A DNA stretch of 64,000 nt, from NCBI GenBank assembly GCA_964372665.1, contig CAYJRE010000001.1, forward strand, positions 5,941-69,940. Direction: 5' to 3'. This document shows, one piece after another, positions 9,489 to 18,486 of the stretch; within the stretch, counting starts at the first letter, position 1; each line of letters begins with the position of its first letter. The DNA is from an uncultured archaeon (GTDB lineage Archaea > Iainarchaeota > Iainarchaeia > Iainarchaeales > VGJJ01). A model generated the notes under the pieces. It worked only from the letters and a program-made list of their open reading frames with translations. It did no database searches and was not told the origin of the DNA. A program made the translations under genes and the position numbers.

Positions 9489-10841
9489 ATGAAAGGTATG
9501 TCAGGAAAAACAACGCCACTTTCATTCGTGAAACGGCGGATCATCATCATGGGGGCCGCTGGACGGGATTTTTTTGATTTTTATCGAGTCTATCGAAACA
9601 ATCCCTTTTACGACGTGGTTTGTTTCACCGCTACCCAAATTCCAGGAATTGAAGGGCGAAAGTTTCCGGCGAAGCTGGCGGGAAAATTGTATCCGAGAGG
9701 AATTCCCATTTTTCCCGAGGAAAAATTAGCCGAGTTGATTCAAAAATATCGCGTGGACGAAGTCATTTTTGCCTATTCTGATGTTTCGCATGAGTATGTC
9801 ATGCACAAAGCTTCGGAATGTTTAGCCGCCGGAACCAATTTTCGGTTGCTGGGCCCCCATTCCACCATGTTGCAGTCCACCAAACCCGTGATTGCCGTGT
9901 GTGCGGTTCGCACCGGCTCTGGGAAGAGTCAAACCACGCGGAAGATTGGCCAACTGTTGAAAAAAAGGGGGAAAAAAGCGGTTGTCATTCGTCACCCCAT
10001 GCCCTATGGAAACTTGGTCAAGCAAGAAGTGCAGCGGTATGGAAAATTGTCCGATTTGAAAAAATATCGGGCGACCATTGAAGAACGGGAAGAGTATGAA
10101 ACGCATTTACGGGAAGGTTTGATTATATATGCGGGCGTTGACTATGAAAAGATTCTCCGCACCGCGGAAAAGGAAGCCGATATCATCATTTGGGATGGAG
10201 GAAACAACGACTTTTCTTTCATCAAACCCGATTTGCTGTTTGTGGTCGTGGACCCCCTGCGTGCGGGGGACGAAATGCATTATCATCCTGGGGAAACAAA
10301 CCTGCGAATGGCGGATGTGGTGATTATAAATAAGGAAAATTCGGCTCATCCCGCCCAAATCCGGGCCACGGTAAAAAATGTCACGCATTTTAATCCTGGC
10401 GCGAAAATCATTCATGCGGATTCCGTGTTGAGCAGTGAAACAAAACTAGATTTGAAAGGGAAAAGAGTGGTGTGCGTGGAAGACGGCCCCACGGTCACTC
10501 ATGGGGGAATGCCGTTTGGCGCAGGAATGGTTTTTGCCAAGCAAAAAGGCGCGTTCCTCGTGGATCCTCGCCCCTTTGCAGTGGGTTCGATCAAAAAGGC
10601 CTATGAAAAATATCACCAGTTGGAAACCGTTATTCCCGCATTGGGATACTCTCCCGAACAGGTGAAAGAATTGGAAAAGACCCTCAACGCATGCGCGTGC
10701 GATTACATCGTTTCCGGAACGCCCATCAACCTGAACAGCGCGGTAAAAGTCAACAAGCCCATTGTTCAAGTCAATTATGCTTTGAAGGAGAAAGGAAAAC
10801 TCGATTTGAGGAAAATTTTGAAGAAAAAGGGATTCTTGTAG
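9489..10841 (+). CDS. P-loop NTPase, cyclic 2,3-diphosphoglycerate synthetase-like / predicted GTPase family (tentative)
   Basis: 450 aa. N-terminal Rossmann-like IIIMGAAGRDFFDF, then P-loop CAVRTGSGKSQTT. The length and layout resemble cDPGS-family proteins. The assignment is from memory only. Confidence 0.4.
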   Translation: MKGMSGKTTPLSFVKRRIIIMGAAGRDFFDFYRVYRNNPFYDVVCFTATQIPGIEGRKFPAKLAGKLYPRGIPIFPEEKLAELIQKYRVDEVIFAYSDVSHEYVMHKASECLAAGTNFRLLGPHSTMLQSTKPVIAVCAVRTGSGKSQTTRKIGQLLKKRGKKAVVIRHPMPYGNLVKQEVQRYGKLSDLKKYRATIEEREEYETHLREGLIIYAGVDYEKILRTAEKEADIIIWDGGNNDFSFIKPDLLFVVVDPLRAGDEMHYHPGETNLRMADVVIINKENSAHPAQIRATVKNVTHFNPGAKIIHADSVLSSETKLDLKGKRVVCVEDGPTVTHGGMPFGAGMVFAKQKGAFLVDPRPFAVGSIKKAYEKYHQLETVIPALGYSPEQVKELEKTLNACACDYIVSGTPINLNSAVKVNKPIVQVNYALKEKGKLDLRKILKKKGFL

Positions 10842-10873
10842 TATTTTTCTCGGCAGTTTACCCTCAAAACGAA

Positions 10874-10895
10874 TATATATGGTAATCCATATATA
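10874..10895. promoter_or_regulatory. perfect 9-bp inverted repeat TATATATGG-TAAT-CCATATATA upstream of vapB (putative autoregulatory operator / TATA region)
   Basis: Seen directly in the sequence ~25 bp upstream of the vapB start. Confidence 0.45.
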
Positions 10896-10919
10896 CCTCC
10901 TTGCCCCATTGAATGATAT

Positions 10920-11171
10920 ATGGGCCAGATTTTACTATCTTTGAGCGAGGTGGCGGAAAACCGTTTAAGGAGACTGGCAATGATGCGCGGAGGGAAAAAA
11001 GGGGCTTTATCACAAACCGTTGAAGAAAGCCTCAGAGTGTTAGAGAAAGAAATGGCGCGCGAGTATGCGTGGCAGCGCCTGAAAGCATTTGCAGACCAAG
11101 ATATTGATTTGGGGATTGGTAAATTTGATCGAAATGAACTCTACAAAGGAAAGCGTTTTGGTAGACACTAA
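10920..11171 (+). CDS. vapB: antitoxin (VapB-like, small DNA-binding)
   Basis: 83-aa charged protein immediately upstream of, and overlapping, a PIN-domain gene. Confidence 0.5.
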   Translation: MGQILLSLSEVAENRLRRLAMMRGGKKGALSQTVEESLRVLEKEMAREYAWQRLKAFADQDIDLGIGKFDRNELYKGKRFGRH

Positions 11172-11586
11172 CATTTTGGTTTATCTTGTTGACAATAAGG
11201 ATGCTCTGAAGCATGCTTCAGCCAAACGGATTTTGGGTTTTGTGCGGCTAAATCCCGGGCAGTTCGTGCTCTCCACCCAAAATATTCGCGAGTTTGCCAA
11301 TGTTTTAGTGAACGAGCCAAGCGTTTCAATGAACATCATTCAAGACCGGATAGCAGAGTTTAGAGTTCTATTTGGCATAATAGCCGACTCCCCCGAAGAC
11401 GCAGGCGAAGCAGCCCATTTATCCCGAGCAGAAAAAGTCCCATTTTGGGATGCTTTACTCGCTTCCACAGCCAATCGTCACGGTGTTCATACGATTTACA
11501 CCGAAAACACGAAAGATTTTGCACGAATCCCTAGTGTTAAAGCAATTAATCCATTAATTGCGTATTCAAAACATCCTGCGGAATAA
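11134..11586 (+). CDS. vapC: PIN-domain ribonuclease toxin VapC
   Basis: VLVDTNILVYL with N-terminal acidic Asp and FWDALLASTA-type PIN motifs. Start placed at the internal Met of track ORF 11089..11586. Confidence 0.7.
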   Translation: MNSTKESVLVDTNILVYLVDNKDALKHASAKRILGFVRLNPGQFVLSTQNIREFANVLVNEPSVSMNIIQDRIAEFRVLFGIIADSPEDAGEAAHLSRAEKVPFWDALLASTANRHGVHTIYTENTKDFARIPSVKAINPLIAYSKHPAE

Positions 11587-11848
11587 AGTCGACTTTTACT
11601 TTAGCTTGATTTGCTCTTTCTTTAGCCGTTCGAATAGCGTTTTCTGAAATATCTACGGCAGTAACCGTACACCCTTTCTTGGCAAGCGCGATTGCCTCAT
11701 TTCCACGTCCACAACCAATGTCCAATAAACTACATGGTTCGGTGATAGTTTGCATAACGAATGGCTCAGCCGTTTGAGCATCCCACGGTGTCTGTTTGTT
11801 TTTGTAAATAGCTTCCCATTCTTCCTTAGTGCGGTGCATGATTTTCAC
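11546..11848 (-). pseudogene. truncated class I SAM-dependent methyltransferase (N-terminal ~100 aa only)
   Basis: LDIGCGRGNEA (motif I) and VDFIPQD (motif II) are present, but the ORF stops after ~100 aa. Its last codons overlap the vapC 3' end. Confidence 0.4.
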
Positions 11849-12597
11849 TTTTTCTTCTGGATGATGCTGACCCCGCCATATGTTTGAGATACTGGCATGA
11901 TTTCGATGTTATCGATGTTTACGTGAGCGGGTCTTTCGATGATCCACTGGATGGTTTCCGCGATGTCTTGGGCGGTTAATGAGCGCGTTCCTTCGTAAAC
12001 AGCATCCGCTTTCGCCCTATCTCCTTTGTAACGCACGATGGAGAATTCGGTTTCAGCCATGCCGGGCTCGATGTTGGTTACTCGAATGTTGTCTTCGGCG
12101 GTTTCGGCGCGAAGGTTTCGTGAAAAGTGTTGGACGAATGCTTTCGTGGCGCCGTATACGTTGCCACCCTTGTAGGGGACATGGCCTGCGACCGAACCCA
12201 TGTTGATGATGTGCCCTGAATTTCTTTTTTTCATTTGGGGCAATATTTCGCGCGTGAAATACAGCAACCCCTTGATGTTGGTGTCGATCATGGTTTCCCA
12301 ATCGTCGAGGTTGGATTGGTCCACTAATTCTCTTCCCAGGGCCAGTCCGGCATTGTTGATGAGAACATCTATCGGGCGGAATTCATTGGGTATCCCTTCT
12401 ATGAATTTTTCGACTTTTTTCCTGTTTCGCACGTCCACTATTCCGATGTGGTGGGGCACCTTCAGTTCGTTGGCGAGCTTTTCGAGTCTTTCTTTTCTTC
12501 GTGCGACTAGGACGAGCTTGTACTTGTGCTTGGCCAGCAATCGAGCCGTTGCCTCTCCGAATCCGGAGCTCGCGCCCGTGATCAAAACGGTTTTCAT
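11845..12597 (-). CDS. short-chain dehydrogenase/reductase (SDR family, YdfG-like)
   Basis: TGASSGFG cofactor motif, NNAG, and the YxxxK catalytic motif (YGATK). Confidence 0.8.
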   Translation of the reverse strand: MKTVLITGASSGFGEATARLLAKHKYKLVLVARRKERLEKLANELKVPHHIGIVDVRNRKKVEKFIEGIPNEFRPIDVLINNAGLALGRELVDQSNLDDWETMIDTNIKGLLYFTREILPQMKKRNSGHIINMGSVAGHVPYKGGNVYGATKAFVQHFSRNLRAETAEDNIRVTNIEPGMAETEFSIVRYKGDRAKADAVYEGTRSLTAQDIAETIQWIIERPAHVNIDNIEIMPVSQTYGGVSIIQKKK

Positions 12598-12629
12598 GGG
12601 TTATCCTCTTTCTCTTTTATTTTAAGGAG

Positions 12630-12704
12630 CGACCCCGGAGGGATTTGAACCCTCGACCTCCGGGTCCGAAGCCCGGCACTCTATCCAGACTAAGCTACGG
12701 GGCC
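12630..12704 (-). tRNA. tRNA-Arg (anticodon UCG), CCA not encoded
   Basis: Reverse complement folds as a cloverleaf: acceptor stem GGCCCCG/CGGGGTC, anticodon loop CUUCGGA, T-arm GGGTTCAAATCCC. Confidence 0.8.
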
Positions 12705-12737
12705 AACCCTGATACTATATTTGATTTATCGAGGGGT

Positions 12738-12891
12738 TGAAAACCCCTCTGCATAAGCCTTCGCAGTGGCCCGCCGAAACGGGCCAGCTACTGGGCCGTA
12801 GCACCTATTTTTCAGTTGGCGTATGTAGGGTTGCAAACCCTACGATAGTCTCTCGCAGTGGCCCGCCGAAACGGGCCAGCTACTGGGCCAA
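12738..12891. repeat. two tandem units, each a short GC hairpin followed by a conserved 37-nt element TCGCAGTGGCCCGCCGAAACGGGCCAGCTACTGGGCC
   Basis: Unit hairpins are GAGGGGTTGAAAACCCCTC and GTAGGGTTGCAAACCCTAC. The 37-mer is an exact repeat with an internal GGCCCG-CCGAAA-CGGGCC hairpin. It lies immediately 3' of the tRNA-Arg locus. Confidence 0.5.
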
Positions 12892-13017
12892 AGTTTGTTA
12901 TTCTAATGAAAATGGAAGGACAAAGGGTAATAAAATAACCCATAAAATGGGCAAAATTGGGCATTTTGCGGATGTTTACGCGTTCTTTTTTATAGGTTTG
13001 CCAGGGCTTTTTCTTCT

Positions 13018-13182
13018 ATGAAAGTCTGTTCTTCCTGCAACAAGCACGTTATTTCCGATTTTGTTGAATTCCCTTGTCCGGGTAATTTGAAAGTCAAGAT
13101 TGTGCGCTGCTCGCATTGCCGGGAGTCCGGGAAGACTTATACCTGTGTCACGGAAGATGGTTCTGTTTTCGTTGGCCCATAA
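13018..13182 (+). CDS. small Zn-ribbon protein (COG2888-like, translation-associated) upstream of aEF-1beta
   Basis: MKVCSSCNKH...CPGNLKVKIVRCSHCRESGKTYTC has two CxxC pairs. Conserved archaeal neighbour of the EF-1beta gene. 54 aa, below the track's length cutoff. Confidence 0.5.
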   Translation: MKVCSSCNKHVISDFVEFPCPGNLKVKIVRCSHCRESGKTYTCVTEDGSVFVGP

Positions 13183-13204
13183 TCCTTGCTTGAGTCGATT
13201 TTCG

Positions 13205-13465
13205 ATGGGAAAAACCTTCGTCATTTTCAAAGTGAATGCGAAGGATATGGAAAACCTCGAAGCCACCGAGCAAGAGCTTCGCGCGTGCAAGAATGGCGAG
13301 TGCAAAGACGTTCAACGTGCTCCCCTCGGTTTTGGCATTGTCGTGCTGAAAGCCGGTTTTTTGATTCCGGAGAAGAAAGACGATGCCTTGGATTTGTTGA
13401 CGAAAGAGATTGAAGCCTTGCCTTCCGTGGAAAGCGTGGAAATCGAGGGGATGACGCTCGTCTAG
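13205..13465 (+). CDS. ef1b: translation elongation factor aEF-1 beta
   Basis: MGKTFVIFKVNAKD...LGFGIVVLKAGFLIPEKKDDALDLLTKEIEALPSVESVEIEGMTLV matches the aEF-1beta pattern. Internal Met of track ORF 13100..13465. Confidence 0.6.
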   Translation: MGKTFVIFKVNAKDMENLEATEQELRACKNGECKDVQRAPLGFGIVVLKAGFLIPEKKDDALDLLTKEIEALPSVESVEIEGMTLV

Positions 13466-13526
13466 TTTTTTCTATTTTTTGACCCAGTTCTTTTATTCCA
13501 CATGGGGGTAATAGTATCGGCTTTGC

Positions 13527-15884
13527 ATGATTGAATCCATCACCTTAGAGAATTGGAAGACCCACAAACAGTCCACGCTGCACTTTGGGAAAGGCACGAA
13601 TGTGCTGGTAGGAGTCATTGGTTCGGGAAAGTCGAGTGTGATGGACGGGCTATGTTATGGGTTGTTTGGCACGTTTCCAGCGGTGCAAAATAGAAGAGTG
13701 GGCATTTCAGACTTGCTCATGCGCAAACCCGTGCAGGCGGACACCGCGAAAGTAAACGTGCAGTTTTCAGTTGGAGAGAAAAAGTTTCGTGTGGAACGCA
13801 TTTTGAAACGGAATGGCATCAATGAAGGGCGATTGTGGCTGAACAACACGCTCATTGCAGGACCCAAACCCAACCAAGTCACGGAACGAATCGAAAAGGA
13901 ATTGCAAGTCACATACGAATTGTTCACGCGCGCGGTTTATTCGGAACAGAACAACGTGGATTATTTTCTGAAACTCAATCCCGGCGATAGAAAAAAGAAG
14001 TTCGATGAACTGTTGGAATTGCAAAAGTACGAAGTTGTGCGCGCGAATGCGATGCAAGTCATTAACCAATTCAAGAAAATGGAAGAAACGCACGCCCAAT
14101 CCCTCTCTCAGCTGGATGCGTTGTTAGCGAATCAGGATTTGAACGAGCTCCGGTTAAAGTCGGCCCAGCAAAAGGAAAAGATTTTGAGATTACGGAATGA
14201 AAAAATCCGGTTGGAGGAAGAAGTTCGTTTGCTGAATCAAAAATCATTGGAATTGGAACAAAAACTCGCTACTTATTTGAAAGGGAAGGAGGGGCTTCAG
14301 AAGAAGGAATCCCAACGCGAAGCCCTGCATGCTCGCGTCGCCAAATTGGTGGAGCAATTTCCGTTGGAAATGAAAAAAAATTCTACTGAAATCCATGCGG
14401 AGAAAGAGAAAGTTTTTTCATTGTTGAGTGAATCATTAGCCAAGCAGGAATTGTTCCGTCAAAAAGAAGCAATCCAACAAAAGCTATCGGAAAGGCTCAA
14501 GTTGCTGGAGAAGAGGAGAGAGGAGCTTTCCAAGGTCTTGGGAGAAAAATCGCCCGAGTTGGTGGAAAAGGAATTGCGGGATTTGTTGGCGAAGCGCACG
14601 CACGCGGAGGGCGTTCGTTCCACGCTGCAGAAGAGTTTTCGAGACCTGCATGCTAAATTACAAGTATTGGCCGAAAAAGAAAAAATGCTGGCGGAAGAAG
14701 AGAAATCGTTGGAATCTTTGCACGCCAACTGCCCAACATGCAAGCAACAGATTTCTCCGGAGCACAAAATAAAGCTTCAATTCCAAATAGGGGGGAAAAA
14801 GGCTTCGTTGAGTAATGAGATAAAAGAGGGGCAAAAGGATTTTGTGAATGGTCAAAGCGATTTGGTGGAAACGGAAAATCTGTGCAAGGACTTTGACAAA
14901 AAGATTCTGGAAGCGGAGTTAAAGATGTCAAAGGCCGTTGAACTGAAAACCATTTTGTTTGATGTGGTGTCAGCGGAGAATGCGATTGCGTTGTGTAACG
15001 CCGAAATTTTTCAGATGGGAAAACCCATAACATTAATGGATTTGGAAAGACTTCAATCCCGTGTTCACGTGCTGGATCAGTGTTTAGAGACCCATTCTTT
15101 GCTGGAAGAAGAGAAGGTCTTACTGATGCAGATTGAAAAGGAAAAATGGGGCTTGGAGGGGCACGCGGTTACGCACGAAGAGGTTTTGTCAGCCACTCGT
15201 TTGTTTTCAGAAAAGCAATCGTATGTTTCATCGTTGAAGAAAGAAATGGAGTTGGAGGAGACGATTCAAGCCGAATGGGTGGAGCGCATCCGTTCGATTG
15301 AGCAAATTTTGGGTAAACGGACTGAAGTTCATCAGCGACAAGCACGCAGTCGTGCGATTCAAGAGTCGTTATCTGTTTTTTCAAACGTGTTGGTGGAGAC
15401 GCAGGAGCAATTGCGCGAGACCGTGGTGGAGGCTATTAATGCGGCCTTGGAGGAGCTGTGGCCGTCGGTTTACCCCTATACGGATTTTGTTTTGGCCAAG
15501 ATTTTGATTCAGGACACGGATTATGTGTTGACGGTTCAGGAAAAGAATGGGGACTGGATTTCGGCCGAATCCTCTCTTTCAGGTGGAGAGCGGAGTGCGG
15601 CGGCTTTAGCGTTGCGTATGGCGATTGCTTTTGTTTTGACTCGCCAGCTTTCGTGGATTATTTTGGATGAGCCCACGCATAATTTGGATGCTAAATCCAT
15701 CAGCATGCTTTCTTCCATGCTCAGGAACCGGTTACCCGGTTTAGTGGATCAAGTCTTCGTGATTACGCATTCTCTGGAGATAGAAAAGGCAGCCACGGGT
15801 TCGTTATACGTGTTGCAGCGGGAGAAGAATGAGGATGGGATCACGATTCCGCTGAGCAAGAAAGCGTTGCTCGAAGTGCAATGA
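13527..15884 (+). CDS. rad50: Rad50-like SMC ATPase (double-strand-break repair)
   Basis: Walker A GVIGSGKSS, a long coiled coil with the CPTCKQ zinc hook, and the signature LSGGERSAAALALR with D-loop ILDEPTHNLD. Confidence 0.8.
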   Translation: MIESITLENWKTHKQSTLHFGKGTNVLVGVIGSGKSSVMDGLCYGLFGTFPAVQNRRVGISDLLMRKPVQADTAKVNVQFSVGEKKFRVERILKRNGINEGRLWLNNTLIAGPKPNQVTERIEKELQVTYELFTRAVYSEQNNVDYFLKLNPGDRKKKFDELLELQKYEVVRANAMQVINQFKKMEETHAQSLSQLDALLANQDLNELRLKSAQQKEKILRLRNEKIRLEEEVRLLNQKSLELEQKLATYLKGKEGLQKKESQREALHARVAKLVEQFPLEMKKNSTEIHAEKEKVFSLLSESLAKQELFRQKEAIQQKLSERLKLLEKRREELSKVLGEKSPELVEKELRDLLAKRTHAEGVRSTLQKSFRDLHAKLQVLAEKEKMLAEEEKSLESLHANCPTCKQQISPEHKIKLQFQIGGKKASLSNEIKEGQKDFVNGQSDLVETENLCKDFDKKILEAELKMSKAVELKTILFDVVSAENAIALCNAEIFQMGKPITLMDLERLQSRVHVLDQCLETHSLLEEEKVLLMQIEKEKWGLEGHAVTHEEVLSATRLFSEKQSYVSSLKKEMELEETIQAEWVERIRSIEQILGKRTEVHQRQARSRAIQESLSVFSNVLVETQEQLRETVVEAINAALEELWPSVYPYTDFVLAKILIQDTDYVLTVQEKNGDWISAESSLSGGERSAAALALRMAIAFVLTRQLSWIILDEPTHNLDAKSISMLSSMLRNRLPGLVDQVFVITHSLEIEKAATGSLYVLQREKNEDGITIPLSKKALLEVQ

Positions 15885-15886
15885 GC

Positions 15887-16489
15887 TTACTTGTTCGACT
15901 TGGTTCGCAATCCTTTAATTCGCCTTCGCCGGTCGCGGATACGGTTCCTGCGTAGCAAGTATAGGCCGATTTTTCCTAATCTTCTGTGCGGGTTTTTTGG
16001 TTTATCCAACCAGGTGACGGCAGCGGGCCTTATCCCTGTTTCCAACAAAAATCCCGTTACGTGGTCCGGATGAAGAACTACGACGTCATTTTTTCCCATT
16101 TTATTTTTTCTTGTTTTGCGCGCCCAATCTTTTTCTCGTAGGTTCATCAAAACATATTTTGTCAAGCGCCAGTTTTTCCAATTCTTCCTGCCCCAATATT
16201 CAGGCTCTTGTGGGATTTTTTTCAATATTTGAATAGCCGGTCGCCGATCTAAGTAAACGATCCTCCAACCCATCTGCTTGGCCAGTCTTAAGGCAAAGGA
16301 AAATGGTTCGAATTCGTAGTCTTGGGTCTGTATAGAATCGTGCCAGCTTTTGCTGCCTTCTATGAACAATGTTCGCTCTGATGAAGCTTTACTTTTCATG
16401 GCCTTTTCGATGGCTTTTGTTTTTTGTTCGGACCACTCATTATGCCGGACGGCGAGAACAAGAGGGTCAGACTCAGCGCTATGGGGCAT
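15887..16489 (-). CDS. hypothetical basic protein
   Basis: 200-aa ORF convergent with rad50. No recognised motifs. Confidence 0.35.
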   Translation of the reverse strand: MPHSAESDPLVLAVRHNEWSEQKTKAIEKAMKSKASSERTLFIEGSKSWHDSIQTQDYEFEPFSFALRLAKQMGWRIVYLDRRPAIQILKKIPQEPEYWGRKNWKNWRLTKYVLMNLREKDWARKTRKNKMGKNDVVVLHPDHVTGFLLETGIRPAAVTWLDKPKNPHRRLGKIGLYLLRRNRIRDRRRRIKGLRTKSNK

Positions 16490-16528
16490 AGCCTTTCTGA
16501 ACGCTCATTGGATATTAACTTGCAGTAT

Positions 16529-16894
16529 TTATGCGGTTTCGGTTGGCAGATTGGTGGCGGTGAGTGTTTCGGTAACAGCGGTGCCCTCCGCCGTTTTTTC
16601 TTCTTTTTTGGTTCGCGTCCGGATTTTTCTTTCCTTGCCCATTTCTTCGGGTTTTTTCATCGCGATTTCGCGCTTGGCTTTGGCTTCTTCTTTCTTCTTT
16701 TCGGCTTTTTTTATTTTTTTGTGGTGTCGGGTCATGAATCCCGCCATGACGTTAGTGGTCCATTTGGAAAAGGGTAGTTTTAGTTCCTTGATTTTTGTTT
16801 TATTATTTTCGAATGTGTCATTGAATGATTCGGGCATCTCTTTCAGTATGATGTTGGCTTTGCTTTTGATTCCTTTTGGAACGCTTTTTCCCAT
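16529..16894 (-). CDS. rps17e: 30S ribosomal protein S17e with Lys-rich C-terminal extension
   Basis: GKSVPKGIKSKANIILKEMPESFNDTFENNKTKIKEL...AGFMTRH matches the S17e N-terminal domain. Confidence 0.65.
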   Translation of the reverse strand: MGKSVPKGIKSKANIILKEMPESFNDTFENNKTKIKELKLPFSKWTTNVMAGFMTRHHKKIKKAEKKKEEAKAKREIAMKKPEEMGKERKIRTRTKKEEKTAEGTAVTETLTATNLPTETA

Positions 16895-16912
16895 GTTTTT
16901 TTCTTCCTATTA

Positions 16913-17119
16913 TTAGTTGACTTCGATGCGAATCTGTTGCCCATTGGGTAACACGCGTATAACGGATAATGGGATCACTTTTTCTTCGAACTCGTTTTTA
17001 GCTATGAGATAGGGTTCGAGTGTTTTTTTGGTGTCCACGAGAGGGGGTGCTCCAAACGCCAGTTGCAAGGCTCTGGCTCCGATCAGTCGCGCGCGTTCAA
17101 ACCTCGTTAATTCGGTCAT
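16913..17119 (-). CDS. rpoK: DNA-directed RNA polymerase subunit K (Rpb6/omega homolog)
   Basis: MTELTRFERARLIGARALQLAFGAPPLV is the conserved RpoK core. It is the C-terminal 68 codons of track ORF 16913..17473. Confidence 0.7.
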   Translation of the reverse strand: MTELTRFERARLIGARALQLAFGAPPLVDTKKTLEPYLIAKNEFEEKVIPLSVIRVLPNGQQIRIEVN

Positions 17120-17193
17120 GGTAAGCAAAGGTCGAAAAGAAAGCATTAAAAAAGAGCCCCTCGGGGGGTGGAGATAGTGATCCTTTCGTTGGT

Positions 17194-18486
17194 TTATCCC
17201 GCGAGAAGCGTTGTGAAAGAGGTGTTTCTCCACGCCGTGGTTCCAGCCAATAACTGGTTGGGCAGCTCTTCTTTCCAAATCGAGACCTGTTTTTGGGCTG
17301 TTTCGTGGAGACGGATGGGGGCTTGGTGTTGGGCGTGAATCGTGTAAGCCAATTGATAGCGATTCAGGTAGGGTTGAACGAGCATCGCGTGGATTTGGGC
17401 ATGTTCGTGCTCGCGTTTTTCGAGCGCGGTAAATAATTTTTGGGTTTCGTTTTCGGTATGGTGACAGTTCCACGTGAGTTGGCTTGTTTCGTAGGAAATG
17501 GTTACTATTTTTTGTTTTTGGGCCTGTAGAGCCTCTTCGAGTGGTAGTTCTATTTTTTTGTTTCGGTGTAAGGGTCCGATTGGCAAATTTGGGAGCCCGA
17601 ATTCTCGGGCGCGTTCGATTCGGTTCTCTTGGTTAGGATTGTTTTCATGGTAGGTTCGACTCCTTTTCTCGTTTTGGGTTGGTAAATAGATTCCGTCCAT
17701 GGTGGGGGTGATTGTCACTACGCTTCCGGGGTGGATGTGTTTTTCCAAGATGGTTTGGGGGATGCAACACGAACAATTTTTGGTTTGGGTGAGCGGAGTT
17801 TCTTGGACCCTTTTTTTTGTTTTCTCTCTTTTTTCGAATGTCCAGTTTTCCATGGAAATGGGGTTTCCCTTTTGTATGGGTAATGGTGTTTGGCGAGAGA
17901 AAAAGTGGTTGTTCATCCACGTTTCCAGTTGTTGGCTCGTGTTCAATGGAACATCGTGGTACGGGAGGAATAGTTCGTGGCTGAGGGCAACCCGTTGCCG
18001 CCATTGTTTTTCGATGCCGGGGTTGTGGTTGGCGAGTCCGTTGAGCGTGACGTGCAGGTTTTCTATCAGTCCTTCGATTTTGGTTTCGGCAAAGGCTTCT
18101 TTGGTCGGGTTGAGTTTTTCATCAAACGTTTGGAAGTATCGCCAGTTTTGGGTGAGGAGGAATTGTCGCTCGGGTTCGATGAGCAACGGAAAATAATTTG
18201 TTTGCGAATGGATTCGTAACGCGATTTTTTTTAGCTCGATCCAATTCGGGGCGATGACTTGGATCGTGTCGGGATGGTGCACGAGTTGGATTTTTTCATT
18301 TGTCTGGGACACTAATTCCTCGAATAGGGTAGTGGAAGTGTGGGGGAGGTAAAGGGAAGGGAAAAAGGAATACGATTTCGTGACCTTTTTGCTCGTATTC
18401 GCGAACGTGACATCCACCTTTCCCTTTTCGGGCCGAGTGCAAACTGACACGAGACTGTACGCATTGGGATGCATTCCAAAGTCCAC
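17194..18486 (-). CDS. hypothetical 430-aa protein (Gln/Asn/Thr/His-rich)
   Basis: Long ORF in an operon-like arrangement with rpoK and rps17e. No confident motif. A weak PolB-N-terminal-like pattern is discussed in findings. Confidence 0.45.
   Translation of the reverse strand: MDFGMHPNAYSLVSVCTRPEKGKVDVTFANTSKKVTKSYSFFPSLYLPHTSTTLFEELVSQTNEKIQLVHHPDTIQVIAPNWIELKKIALRIHSQTNYFPLLIEPERQFLLTQNWRYFQTFDEKLNPTKEAFAETKIEGLIENLHVTLNGLANHNPGIEKQWRQRVALSHELFLPYHDVPLNTSQQLETWMNNHFFSRQTPLPIQKGNPISMENWTFEKREKTKKRVQETPLTQTKNCSCCIPQTILEKHIHPGSVVTITPTMDGIYLPTQNEKRSRTYHENNPNQENRIERAREFGLPNLPIGPLHRNKKIELPLEEALQAQKQKIVTISYETSQLTWNCHHTENETQKLFTALEKREHEHAQIHAMLVQPYLNRYQLAYTIHAQHQAPIRLHETAQKQVSIWKEELPNQLLAGTTAWRNTSFTTLLAG

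Noticed and set aside
12738-12891. Possible mini-CRISPR array (37-nt hairpin-containing direct repeats next to a tRNA)
   Set aside because: Only two repeat copies and a ~56-nt spacer. No cas genes in the window. Reported instead as a structured tandem element.
16350-16916. 188-aa plus-strand ORF (and 16424..16777)
   Set aside because: Lies antisense to the conserved S17e gene. Its composition is driven by the Lys-codon-rich complement. Spurious.
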